Notes: generated from the letters alone by a model not told the origin. A DNA stretch of 40,961 nt from Patescibacteria group bacterium (GCA_038062615.1 JBBTWV010000066.1:1-40961), one strand, 5' to 3'; shown: positions 1-9,032, numbered from the stretch's first letter. Made by a program: numbers and translations.

Positions 1-16
1 GTTTGATGCAAATATA

Positions 17-1831
17 ATGGACCAAGACGAACCTTTAAGACCGCGCTTTAAAATCGAGCGAAGGCGACTTTCTTCCGACGAGTCAGGGCAAAAGGAAGTG
101 GCCTCAAAGGAAGATTTTACGCCCGATAAAGTCATTTACGCCGAAATTGATGATGAGATCACCAACGTTTTTGATGTTATCAAAAGAGTTCGCGGAAAAC
201 GTATTGCGCTCGTGATTCCCAAGAGGGCCATCATTTTGCAAAGTATCGTCAATCTCAAAATCCTCAAAAAAAAGATGGACGAGCTGGACAAAGAACTCGT
301 GATCGTGACGACGGATATTCCCGGGCTTCAACTGGCGCAAAAAGCCGGGATTCCCAGCATGGAACGGCTATTTGAAAAAGACAACGAAGCCAAAATTCCC
401 CTTCCTCCGCCGCCGCTTCGCGGGCAAAGACCGCAGCGTATGACAGGCGAAAAAGTTTCCCTTTCACAGGTTATTCGCCAGCCTGAGTCCCATTTTTTAA
501 GTTCTATGCTGGGACGCATCAAGGAGCGTATCAAAAAAAAGAGGATGGAGTCCAAGGGGACCAAGATTGTCTTTGTGGCACCAAACAAACAGGCCCTGTT
601 CACCCTCATTTTGGTGAGCGTGCTCCTGCTCTTAACCGTCGCCTACATTGCTCTGCCTGGAGCCACTATCTACCTTACTCCCAAATCCAGCGTGCTGGAC
701 CCTTCATTTAATGTGACCTTTTTGGATTTCGAAAAAAATCGCGTTCTATTGGAAGGCGTCTCGGGCAGCGGTTCCATTATTCTGGCAAGTTATGCCGTGA
801 GGCCGCCGGCTATCCAAAAAAAGTTTATGCATAACGCCACGGGGAAAATTTTCCACGGAGAAAACGCCCGCGGAACCGTTACCGTTACCAACCTAAGTTC
901 AGCGCCGTGGGATCTTGCCGCTACTACGCGGTTCCAGACACCAGACGGTTTGATTTTTAGGACGCCGGTGGCTGTGCGAGTTCCTGCGGCCAGCGCCACC
1001 GCGCCAGGAAAGCTAGAAGTGGCAGTGGTTGCCGACGAGTTCGATGTGAACCATCAAGTTATTGGTGACCGCGGCAATATCGGCCCAACCAAGTTCACGC
1101 TCCCGGGATTAAAGAATGAGGAAAATCGCAAAAAGTTATATGGCGAAAGTTTTGCGCCGATGGTTGGAGGAGTTACCGAAACGGTAAAAGTAGTGAGCAA
1201 AGAAGACATTGCCGCCGCTCAGGAAGCGGCAAAACGCGACATCATGAATAACGCCGCCGAAGATCTTAAAAGATACCTTGAAGAACAAAATCTCATTAAA
1301 AAAACGAATCTATCGCTCTTGCAGGATCGCAACGCTATAGAAATTTCCGAACCCAGCATAACGGTTCAAAGCGACCTCATTGGAAAAATAACCGGCCAGT
1401 TTGAAATAATCGCCAGCTATAACGTGAGCGGCGTGGCCTTTGATCGGCGAGAGCTCGTGGATGCGCTTAAGGATAGGCTCACTTCCCGCACCGATCCCGA
1501 TAAAAAAATTCTCAAAGTGGAAGAAGATGATGTGAGTTACCGTTTTTTGGATAAAGATACGAGCGCCGGACGCCTACGTCTTACCGCCACCATGCGAGCT
1601 ATTCAAATTTATGAACTGGATCCCGAAAAAGAAAACGGCCACCGGTTCGTCAAAAAAATCACCGACCACATTTTGGGCATGAGCGTAAAAGATGCCCAGA
1701 CTTATCTGGAACAGCAGACTGATGAGATTTCTAGGGTAGAGATCACCACCTGGCCCATTTGGGCGCCGACGATCCCTAATATTGTGGATAACGTGAAGTT
1801 TGTGATTCAGGAACAAAACGATTTGCAGTAG
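17..1831 (+). CDS. Membrane-anchored protein with baseplate J/gp47-like extracellular region (CPR-type)
   Basis: 604 aa ORF. N-terminal 'IYAEIDDEIT...IALVIPKRA..LQS.VNLKIL' segment, one TM helix (ALFTLILVSVLLLLTVAYIALP), then 'A.GTVTVTN...L.ATTRF...G..F....V.VP....G...V.V.A......GNI', resembling the baseplate-J-annotated proteins common in Patescibacteria. Confidence 0.7.
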   Translation: MDQDEPLRPRFKIERRRLSSDESGQKEVASKEDFTPDKVIYAEIDDEITNVFDVIKRVRGKRIALVIPKRAIILQSIVNLKILKKKMDELDKELVIVTTDIPGLQLAQKAGIPSMERLFEKDNEAKIPLPPPPLRGQRPQRMTGEKVSLSQVIRQPESHFLSSMLGRIKERIKKKRMESKGTKIVFVAPNKQALFTLILVSVLLLLTVAYIALPGATIYLTPKSSVLDPSFNVTFLDFEKNRVLLEGVSGSGSIILASYAVRPPAIQKKFMHNATGKIFHGENARGTVTVTNLSSAPWDLAATTRFQTPDGLIFRTPVAVRVPAASATAPGKLEVAVVADEFDVNHQVIGDRGNIGPTKFTLPGLKNEENRKKLYGESFAPMVGGVTETVKVVSKEDIAAAQEAAKRDIMNNAAEDLKRYLEEQNLIKKTNLSLLQDRNAIEISEPSITVQSDLIGKITGQFEIIASYNVSGVAFDRRELVDALKDRLTSRTDPDKKILKVEEDDVSYRFLDKDTSAGRLRLTATMRAIQIYELDPEKENGHRFVKKITDHILGMSVKDAQTYLEQQTDEISRVEITTWPIWAPTIPNIVDNVKFVIQEQNDLQ

Positions 1832-1841
1832 CCTAAAAATA

Positions 1842-1850
1842 TGATATAAT
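1842..1850 (+). promoter_or_regulatory. Putative extended -10 promoter (TGnTATAAT)
   Basis: TGATATAAT in the AT-rich gap, 38 nt before the ATG at 1888. Confidence 0.5.
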
Positions 1851-1887
1851 TCACTAATAACAAAAATAAATTTTAACAAACAAAATT

Positions 1888-4368
1888 ATGGCGAAAGCTC
1901 AACGCAAATTTTGGCACGGTGCCCTTCTCATTGTTTTGGTTTTTGGAATCGGAGTGGGTGCACACTTTTCCACGGGGTCTGTTTCAGCTCAAGATGCTGT
2001 TCAACTCGACCTGCCAGCTGATTCCGCAAATGGAGACAGCGTACGACCGCTGGAGAGCGGAGCCAAAAATTTTAGTAATGGGATTGATTTGGGGAACCCT
2101 TTGCCAAGCGGTTCACCAGGTTCTGCCACCCAGCCAGTTCCAAATTTTTCTGGTATCAATGCGCCATGGTGGGTTAATTCAGTGGGTCCTGTTGAAGTTC
2201 CTGATGATTCTATTTTTCACGGTCTGGTGGATGTACGAAGAGGCCTCATTAATAATGGGCCGCTCTTTGGAGCCGGAAACGCGCCGGGTAACAATGGTAC
2301 GCTCACCATTGCCGCAGACGCCGCCAACCCCAATACCAATATTGCTGCCAGCCCAGGGAATACATACGTTGATCTTGGCTCCTTCCTTTTGACGCTTACA
2401 GGCAGAACGAGCATAACGGTGTCTAAATTTATTTTTACCAAAAGCGGATTTGCACCGGACAACAACATCGCTCGTTTGGAACTCCTTTCTGGAGATATTA
2501 TAGATGGAACTACCATTGGAACTACCAACACCAGTTCTGCCGGAGTTTTCACCATTACTCCAGGCACTCCAATAAGTGTTTTAAGCTCGCAGGGAAGCCG
2601 AAAATTCCAACTCTTGGGTGACATTAGTGCGGCAGCTGCCGTTGGAGGTGATTTCACCTTGGCCCTCACCGCTCTTGAGACAAAAGATGCCAATGGAAAT
2701 AGACTCACTATCAATGTTAATGGATCCAATTTCACGCTGAGAAGAATAACTCTTGCTGCCGCACCAAAGCCTGATCTCACCGTAGATTCGGCAACTCAGT
2801 CAGTGGCTCCGGCAAATCCTACGGCAGGAAACGCCGCAACCTTTACGGTGAATGTTAAAAATTCTGGAGCCGCGAATGCAGACATGAATACTATTAAATC
2901 AAAACTCTGTATTAATTTGGGTAATGATGCTGGTACAACTTGTGACACCGCCGTTACGTTTAATCACAGCGGTACCCTGGCAAGTAATGCCACGGTGGCA
3001 GCTACTTTTGCATGGACGCCTGATGCCACACAAGCCGGCAATCACTCCTTTACGGTTTGTGCGGATTCAACAGCAGGATTGGCGGAATCTAACGATGGCA
3101 ACAACTGCTCGTCCGCAAAAGCTTTTTCCATAGCAGCGGCGGCAGGAAGTACCGTTACCTTTACAAGAAACCCCGCTCCCCTTGTTACAGAGGTCATTCC
3201 GGCAGGAGCCAAAATCCCCGTCCTGCTTTTTGACGGGAAGGCGAGCAGCGGAACTTCACGTTTGAGTAAGTTGTATGTAGAACCTACTCCTGGCGGAGGC
3301 TCCCCGACGCTCGCCAACTTCATACTACAAAGGAAAGACGCCGGCGGCATATGGAAAGATTTAGCAGCTGTAGCTGCGGCCTCGAATGTCGGATCTGCTG
3401 CGGTTCCTAGATTCGTTTTGTCATTTAGCATTGGAGGCGGCACGGCTAACTCCGATATTTCTACATCAAATGTAAACTTCCGCGTCCTGGCCGATGTAGC
3501 TTGTGCCAATGTGCCTTCGAGTATTGATTTTATTGTAAGGAGAGACACCGATGCTTTCTTTACCACGGCGCCAACGGTTGCCCGCAGCGGTTTTGCCCCA
3601 GTCATCCGTAACATAGCAATGTGTGGCGTAGGCGGAGGCCTCCCTCCTCTTGGTGGAGGCGGCAATCCTCTCATGAATTCTGTTTTGGGCAGCGGAATGT
3701 ACGGTGCTTCTGTTTTAGGAAGTGATTCATTTGGGACATTCAACTTCTTTGGCGACACGGCCAAGTTGGCTCAAACATCTACTCTATTAGAAATGGCCGT
3801 ACCTGCCACCGGCGGAAGCGTCCTCAAAAATCCTGTAACCATTTATGATGATCTCTATATTCATGGAGCTGGCACCGCCGAAGAGCCAGGTGACATTATT
3901 ATCGAAGGAGCTATTTATGCAGGCGGCACAGGATCCCTTAGTATTGCCTCATCCACTCAAATAAACGGCGATCTTCAAGTATTAGGAACCGTCGAAGTGG
4001 CCGTCCTTACGGTGAGTCAAAATATCACCGTCAGCGGAAACATCTACGCCAGAAGCATCGGGCAATATTACCGAGTTACCAATAGTTCTTCTTCCACTTC
4101 CACTGCCGGCACAAAGAGTGCCACGGCCAGTTGCGATGCTGCCGGCCCAGGCAGTGACACCAATGACATTCTCATTTCATGTGGAGGAAGATTTACGAAT
4201 GCCACGAATACTGCTTTTGCCGGTACATTCATGAGCGGCGTTACATGTACGGTATATGGAACGCAAAGCACAACCACCTCACGTACGCTTCAAGCTCAAG
4301 CGGTCTGCTTGAATCCTGATGGAGACGGCGAAGCGAATTTGACGGGAAATCCGATAGAAAGTCTCTAG
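1888..4368 (+). CDS. Large secreted surface protein with CARDB (Ig-like) domain and fibre/pilin-like C-terminus
   Basis: 826 aa, G/S/T/A/N-rich, N-terminal hydrophobic signal. CARDB signature 'KPDLTV...TFTVNVKNSG...VCADS....AESNDGNNC'. C-terminal 'GDLQVLG..NITVSGNIYA' stalk-like repeats and a Cys-containing tip 'ATASC...LISCGG...AQAVC'. Confidence 0.65.
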   Translation: MAKAQRKFWHGALLIVLVFGIGVGAHFSTGSVSAQDAVQLDLPADSANGDSVRPLESGAKNFSNGIDLGNPLPSGSPGSATQPVPNFSGINAPWWVNSVGPVEVPDDSIFHGLVDVRRGLINNGPLFGAGNAPGNNGTLTIAADAANPNTNIAASPGNTYVDLGSFLLTLTGRTSITVSKFIFTKSGFAPDNNIARLELLSGDIIDGTTIGTTNTSSAGVFTITPGTPISVLSSQGSRKFQLLGDISAAAAVGGDFTLALTALETKDANGNRLTINVNGSNFTLRRITLAAAPKPDLTVDSATQSVAPANPTAGNAATFTVNVKNSGAANADMNTIKSKLCINLGNDAGTTCDTAVTFNHSGTLASNATVAATFAWTPDATQAGNHSFTVCADSTAGLAESNDGNNCSSAKAFSIAAAAGSTVTFTRNPAPLVTEVIPAGAKIPVLLFDGKASSGTSRLSKLYVEPTPGGGSPTLANFILQRKDAGGIWKDLAAVAAASNVGSAAVPRFVLSFSIGGGTANSDISTSNVNFRVLADVACANVPSSIDFIVRRDTDAFFTTAPTVARSGFAPVIRNIAMCGVGGGLPPLGGGGNPLMNSVLGSGMYGASVLGSDSFGTFNFFGDTAKLAQTSTLLEMAVPATGGSVLKNPVTIYDDLYIHGAGTAEEPGDIIIEGAIYAGGTGSLSIASSTQINGDLQVLGTVEVAVLTVSQNITVSGNIYARSIGQYYRVTNSSSSTSTAGTKSATASCDAAGPGSDTNDILISCGGRFTNATNTAFAGTFMSGVTCTVYGTQSTTTSRTLQAQAVCLNPDGDGEANLTGNPIESL

Positions 4369-4380
4369 CCCTTGACTCAA

Positions 4381-5310
4381 ATGGCAAATGAAGTTGGGCC
4401 AGATCAGATTGTCAACAAAAGCAAACCCAAAGATGGGAAAGAAGATCAATGCGTAGGCAATACCTGCGTACAGTCCTCCCTCACCTCTTTGGGAAATGTT
4501 GAAAATGCCATTGATGGTGCGGAAAAGCCGCCGGAAATTCCTTCGGTCACAGAACAACTTTCACGCATTTTAGAAATCGGCGAGACGGCTTATGCTATGG
4601 GATCGTTTCATGCCAACATGGATGAACATCAAATGGAAGAGTTATGGAACGCCTACCTACAAACCATTGATGATTTTCGCTTGGCCTACGCCAATCTTCC
4701 ATCCCTCAGGGAAATTGATAATGAATATAAGCAAGCTATTTTTAAAGCCATGCGCAATAAAGATACTTCGACCCTTATAGAAATCTTTGATACGGAAGCA
4801 AAAGAATATAATGAACCTGGCTGGGAAAAAATTCCCGGAGTTAAATTTGGAAAAGGATTTTTTGAAGCAGGCAAGCAACTCGTGCAGGGAGGATCAATTC
4901 TCGGAGAATCCATCATCAAAGCGCCGGGAATAGGCGTTTCGGAAAATGAAAAAAAACGCGCACGGCAAATATTAAAAACCGTTGGGAATTCACTCCTCAA
5001 CTTTACTCAATTTGCTCAGAATTATTTTCGGATTCCGGAATACGAAGCAGCGCTTGCCAAAAATAAATTCAAACGGAGCGATTTTGATGAAGAAATCGCA
5101 AGAAGATATGCATTCGATGCCGCCACATTTTTTGCCGCAAGTCTTGTAAAAGTTGTAGCCGTGCCGGCTCAAGCTGCCAAAGCTTCCGGTGCCGTGGCAC
5201 AAGCCGCAAGAGTGGCAGAAATAGCCGGCAGAGTCATTCTCACCGAAGTTGCTCCAGAGGTGGCGGAATACGCATCAAAAGTGGCTGCTCGCAAAGAAGC
5301 AGGATTGTAA
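4381..5310 (+). CDS. Hypothetical helical protein with Ala/Val-rich hydrophobic C-terminus
   Basis: Long ORF (track start TTG 4372; first ATG at 4381) directly after the surface protein; no recognisable motif. Confidence 0.6.
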   Translation: MANEVGPDQIVNKSKPKDGKEDQCVGNTCVQSSLTSLGNVENAIDGAEKPPEIPSVTEQLSRILEIGETAYAMGSFHANMDEHQMEELWNAYLQTIDDFRLAYANLPSLREIDNEYKQAIFKAMRNKDTSTLIEIFDTEAKEYNEPGWEKIPGVKFGKGFFEAGKQLVQGGSILGESIIKAPGIGVSENEKKRARQILKTVGNSLLNFTQFAQNYFRIPEYEAALAKNKFKRSDFDEEIARRYAFDAATFFAASLVKVVAVPAQAAKASGAVAQAARVAEIAGRVILTEVAPEVAEYASKVAARKEAGL

Positions 5311-5325
5311 TTGGCCCATCTCAAC

Positions 5326-5604
5326 TTATTTGGCTGATGCTTTTACCTTTCCTTCACACTTTGTCTTCAAACTGCCATTTTTAATCTTTCCACACATCTC
5401 TAAACTCTTCGTTGCCAAAGCCTTTAAATAGATATCGCCGTCTTGAAAACTTGGAGGTGTCTCTTCCGATTTTTGAGGCTGACCAGAAACCGTCTGGCCG
5501 CTTGGAGCTTCTTCCGCCGCTGGCTTTTGGGTATCTTTTTTACCAAAACAACCCGAGAGCAAAAGCGCAGAAGCGAGCGCAAGAATGAGGAGTGATTTTT
5601 TCAT
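5326..5604 (-). CDS. Small putative lipoprotein with C-terminal Cys pair
   Basis: MKK, hydrophobic core, lipobox LLLSG-C; disordered linker; 'C.KI.....K.KC' at the C-terminus. Confidence 0.75.
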   Translation of the reverse strand: MKKSLLILALASALLLSGCFGKKDTQKPAAEEAPSGQTVSGQPQKSEETPPSFQDGDIYLKALATKSLEMCGKIKNGSLKTKCEGKVKASAK

Positions 5605-5609
5605 GGGAG

Positions 5610-5658
5610 GTTGCGCCCTTTGGGCACGTTATTTATAGCCTCGCTGAGGCTCGGCCTG
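5610..5658. repeat. Palindromic element, family A (hairpin + TAGCCTCGCTGAGGCTCGGCCTG module)
   Basis: 5636-5658 matches 18337-18359 at 22/23 nt and is preceded by a GCCC-TTT-GGGC hairpin. It fills most of the 54-nt intergenic gap. Confidence 0.8.
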
Positions 5659-6192
5659 TTAGAGGCCAAGCTGCTTGCGGATTTCTTCGGCCTTTTGAGC
5701 GTCCTCATCGGCTTTAGAAGCCTGTTGCTGGCTCATTTCGATATCTACCCAGTCTTCGTAATGTTGCTGGGCCAATTTTTCCAGTTGAGGAACATGCTCC
5801 TCACCAAGTTCGGCAAACTTCCGGCGCTCTTCTTCAAAAATCCTTATAAGCTCATCAACTTGTGACTGCTTCAGTTTTGGAATGGACTGAACAATGCGTG
5901 CTTTTTCGTCTTTGGTAAGAGAAATGGAACCTGCCAATAAATGCAGGAAGTACTGTTCATCAAAAGAAAGTTGATGAACCGGAACTTTTATATGCAAGAC
6001 AGGCCCAAGCTTGGCGCCAAGTTGAAAGTTGGCAGGCTTGCTTGGCTTTGGTGGTGGAGGAGGCGTACCTCCCATGTCACCCCCTTGGCCAGCCATCATC
6101 GGATCGTCGTAACCGCCTGGCGGCGGTAGAGGTGGGGGCGGCGGAAAACCTCCGTTATCCCCTGTTCCTTGCTGAGCAAATGGATCATCCAT
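5659..6192 (-). CDS. Hypothetical protein, Pro/Gly-rich N-terminus plus helical domain (paralogue 1 of 3)
   Basis: Likely start ATG 6192 (MDDPFAQQ). The longer track ORF extends into the divergent promoter region and overlaps the next gene. Helical core aligns with ORFs at 20278 and 31919. Confidence 0.75.
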   Translation of the reverse strand: MDDPFAQQGTGDNGGFPPPPPLPPPGGYDDPMMAGQGGDMGGTPPPPPKPSKPANFQLGAKLGPVLHIKVPVHQLSFDEQYFLHLLAGSISLTKDEKARIVQSIPKLKQSQVDELIRIFEEERRKFAELGEEHVPQLEKLAQQHYEDWVDIEMSQQQASKADEDAQKAEEIRKQLGL

Positions 6193-6286
6193 ACTGCACA
6201 AAATTCTACAACAAAGCTTTTCAGTTGAGAAGAGGAAATAAAAATTTTCTATTGAATAATCGAACTGCTGATAATAACTTGTATAC

Positions 6287-6985
6287 ATGCAATCAAGATG
6301 GTTCAAATTAAAGGCTCAAGCGATACAACTCCGAGAAGAAGGAAATTCCATTGGAGGCATTGAAAATAAGCTCCAGATACCACGCTCAACTCTCAGCGGT
6401 TGGTTTAAAAATATAAAAATATCTCAAAAACAACAAGAAATACTTCAAAATAATTGGAGAAATGCCCTTAAAAAGGCAAGAGTAAAAGCGGCTTTATGGC
6501 ATAATCATCAAAAAATAAAACGACTCCAAGAAGCACGAGATTCTGCGAAAAAAATTTTAAAAAATATTGATATAAATGATAATACTATCCTTGAGCTTGG
6601 CCTTGCGCTTCTCTATCTTGGCGAAGGAACAAAAAAGAATGATGAAACTGCGCTAGGAAATTCCGACCCCAGAGTGCTACAGTTTTTCCTCGCTATTTTA
6701 AGAAAAGTTTACAATGTGCCTATTGAAAAAATTCGCTGTCAATTAAATCTTCGAGCAGATCAAAATCCAGAGGAAATAAAACAATATTGGGCCAAAGAGC
6801 TGAGATTACCAATTGAAAGTTTTGGATATGTGAGCATTGATAAAAGAACTAAAGGAACAAAAACTTTTGCTCATTACAAAGGCGTATGCCAAATAAGATG
6901 CTCAGCAGTGGAAATACAAAGAAAATTAATCTATCTTAGTAACCTATTTTGTGACAAAGTTATCCAAGAATATTTGGGCGGTTAG
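6287..6985 (+). CDS. HTH + LAGLIDADG-like homing-endonuclease-family protein overlapping tRNA-Val
   Basis: N-terminal HTH 'AIQLREEGNSIGGIENKLQIPRSTLSGW'; LAGLIDADG-like helix 'LGLALLYLGEGTK' then 'LGNSDP..LQFF' and 'KGVCQIR'. Basic protein, visibly AT-richer than its flanks. Stop TAG is tRNA nt 8-10. Confidence 0.65.
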   Translation: MQSRWFKLKAQAIQLREEGNSIGGIENKLQIPRSTLSGWFKNIKISQKQQEILQNNWRNALKKARVKAALWHNHQKIKRLQEARDSAKKILKNIDINDNTILELGLALLYLGEGTKKNDETALGNSDPRVLQFFLAILRKVYNVPIEKIRCQLNLRADQNPEEIKQYWAKELRLPIESFGYVSIDKRTKGTKTFAHYKGVCQIRCSAVEIQRKLIYLSNLFCDKVIQEYLGG

Positions 6986-7052
6986 CTCATCTGGCTAGAG
7001 CGCCTCGTTGACGTCGAGGAGGCAATAGGTTCGAATCCTATACCGCCCACCA
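6976..7052 (+). tRNA. tRNA-Val(GAC)
   Basis: Full cloverleaf: GGGCGGT/ACCGCCC acceptor, GCTC/GAGC D-stem, CCTCG-TTGACGT-CGAGG anticodon arm, ATAGG-TTCGAAT-CCTAT T-arm, encoded CCA. Confidence 0.95.
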
Positions 7053-7065
7053 GATAAAAAAATAC

Positions 7066-7084
7066 GGGCGATTAGCTCAGTTGG
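7066..7084 (+). repeat. Duplicated 5' fragment of tRNA-Val(CAC)
   Basis: GGGCGATTAGCTCAGTTGG matches 7167-7185 (GGGCGATTAGCTCAGCTGG) at 18/19 nt; no T-arm or acceptor 3' half follows. Confidence 0.85.
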
Positions 7085-7166
7085 GGCGCCTGCGGCTCAT
7101 CAAAAGCGCGTTGCGAGACACATACTTGTAGATACATCCGGTTAGAACAAAGAGATCCAAACTTTC

Positions 7167-7243
7167 GGGCGATTAGCTCAGCTGGTTAGAGCGTACGATT
7201 CACATTCGTAAGGTCAGTGGTTCGAGCCCACTATCGCCCACCA
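7167..7243 (+). tRNA. tRNA-Val(CAC)
   Basis: Full cloverleaf: GGGCGAT/ATCGCCC acceptor, TACGA-TTCACAT-TCGTA anticodon arm, AGTGG-TTCGAGC-CCACT T-arm, encoded CCA. Confidence 0.95.
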
Positions 7244-7322
7244 AAACACATGCGGCCAAGCAAGTTGCCGAATATTTGTAATAAGTATATAATATACACA
7301 GGCAATAGATTAAAAAAACGAG

Positions 7323-9032
7323 ATGAAAACAAAAAATCAAAAGCAAATAGCACTCGTGGTGCTCTTTATTCTTTTACTTCTTGGATTTTCGAGCGTTTTT
7401 GCTTCAACGACTATATCCACCGACATTAGCATGGGAGGATCTTTAGTTGTTGGCGGCAATGCCAGTATTACCGGCAACAGTACTGTAACTGGTAACAGCA
7501 CCACCACAGGCAATACGACTGCATCAGGCAATATAGCCATTGCGGGAAACAGCACGATTGGTGACACATCCGATGACACTGTCCAAATAAACGGATCGCT
7601 TGTTGGAAACATTTCCCATAAAGCCACCGCATCCATCACCCCGACACTCAAAGGAAGCGTTACCATAGCCGGCGGTACATCGTTTGGCAGCCTCTATATT
7701 GAAGGCAAGTATGCCTATGTCGGAACCACCAACGGACTTTTTGTGGTGGACATTGCCAATCCGGTTGCGCCAGTTGTTATAAGCCAATCCCTCCTCAACA
7801 GTGTTGCTAGCACAACAGCTTCAATGCATAAGGTCGGCAAATATGCCTATATAACAAAAGCAGGAACATTCTTTACACTTGATGTCTCAAATCCTTACTC
7901 ACTAGCGAACTCTTCGATCCCAGCAGTGTCCATAGCCACAAGTTCAAAAAGTATTTCGATTAGTGGCACCTATGCCTACGTTGCCGCCTCAACGAATGGA
8001 TTAAAAGTCGTTGATATCAGCGCACCAGCCACTCCCGTTCTCGCGGCAACCGTCGGTTCCCCTATCACGGACAGCTCGGGATCGGCAAATGGAATTTATG
8101 TCATCGGAAAGTATGCTTACGTCGCAAACACAACAAACGGATTGCGGGTTGTGGACATTTCAAACCCTATCTCTCCTTCCGTGGTTGGGACATATTCCGG
8201 GGGAAGTCTTTCGGCGGATGATGTTTTCACGGTCGGAAAATATGCGTATGTCATTGGAGGCGACGGCCCTCTGCGAGTCATTGATGTTTCCAATCCGGCA
8301 TCGCCCACGCTCACCGCAACCTATACCCCTACCTTGAGCGGTGTTAGCCCGGAACAATCGTTACGAAACAAAATCGTGGTTGAAGGTAATTATGCCTATA
8401 TCTCATATAACACCAGTACCGATGCGCGCATGGAAATTATTGATATTACCAATCCGGCCGCACCTACATTTGTGAATAGTTTCTCCATATCCGGCGGTGG
8501 ATTTGAAACGGTGGTTTCCGGAAAATATGCCTACATAACGGATGCAACAGCAGGCCAGCTTAAAATCGTTGAGCTCGCGGGATTGACGGTACCGACACTC
8601 TCGGCGGGTGCCGTGGAAACCACCAGCATTATGGTGGATGGAGATGCCATCGTGACCAATACGCTGAATGTGGGAACCTCCTTGAATGTGGGTAACGGCG
8701 GAATGCATGTACAGGGTGTGCTGGCCTCAAGCGGGCGGAAGCAGTCATATACGGCGACGACATCGGCAACCTACACCGCAACTTTTGAAGATGACGTCAT
8801 TGCCGCCAACGCGACTTCTGCTCCCATTACCGTCAACCTGCCTTCTGCATCAAAAAAATCCGGCACCGTTTTTACCGTTATAAAAACAGACGTCAGTGCT
8901 AATGCGGTAACCATTGATCCCAGCGGATCGGAAACCATCAATGGCACCTCAACCATCGCTCTTGCGAATCAATACGACTATAGAACAGTAACTTCTGACG
9001 GTACAAACTGGATAACCATTGGACAGCCGTAA
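7323..9032 (+). CDS. Secreted LVIVD-repeat (beta-propeller) protein with fibre-like stalks and phage-tail-fibre-like C-terminal module
   Basis: Signal peptide; 'GN.T.T' hexapeptide repeats; about 7 'G.YAYV....GL.VVDIS.P..P' LVIVD repeats; C-terminal 'ITVNLP.AS...G....VIKTD.SANAVTI.PSG.ETING...V.SDGTNW'. Confidence 0.8.
   Translation: MKTKNQKQIALVVLFILLLLGFSSVFASTTISTDISMGGSLVVGGNASITGNSTVTGNSTTTGNTTASGNIAIAGNSTIGDTSDDTVQINGSLVGNISHKATASITPTLKGSVTIAGGTSFGSLYIEGKYAYVGTTNGLFVVDIANPVAPVVISQSLLNSVASTTASMHKVGKYAYITKAGTFFTLDVSNPYSLANSSIPAVSIATSSKSISISGTYAYVAASTNGLKVVDISAPATPVLAATVGSPITDSSGSANGIYVIGKYAYVANTTNGLRVVDISNPISPSVVGTYSGGSLSADDVFTVGKYAYVIGGDGPLRVIDVSNPASPTLTATYTPTLSGVSPEQSLRNKIVVEGNYAYISYNTSTDARMEIIDITNPAAPTFVNSFSISGGGFETVVSGKYAYITDATAGQLKIVELAGLTVPTLSAGAVETTSIMVDGDAIVTNTLNVGTSLNVGNGGMHVQGVLASSGRKQSYTATTSATYTATFEDDVIAANATSAPITVNLPSASKKSGTVFTVIKTDVSANAVTIDPSGSETINGTSTIALANQYDYRTVTSDGTNWITIGQP

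Noticed and set aside
6213-6235. Possible residual tRNA 5' fragment upstream of the LAGLIDADG-like gene (AGCTTTTCAGTTGAG)
   Set aside because: The match to AGCTCAGTTGG is too short and gapped to distinguish from chance.
7066-7166. Intron-containing or split tRNA with a CCA anticodon (GGTTAGAAC..AAGAG-ATCCAAA-CTTTC)
   Set aside because: The anticodon stem is imperfect, there is no T-arm or 3' acceptor strand, and no self-splicing intron core is visible.
8300-8308. ATCGCCCAC as an attR copy of the tRNA 3' end
   Set aside because: Only 9 nt, inside an intact CDS, and no integrase is nearby.
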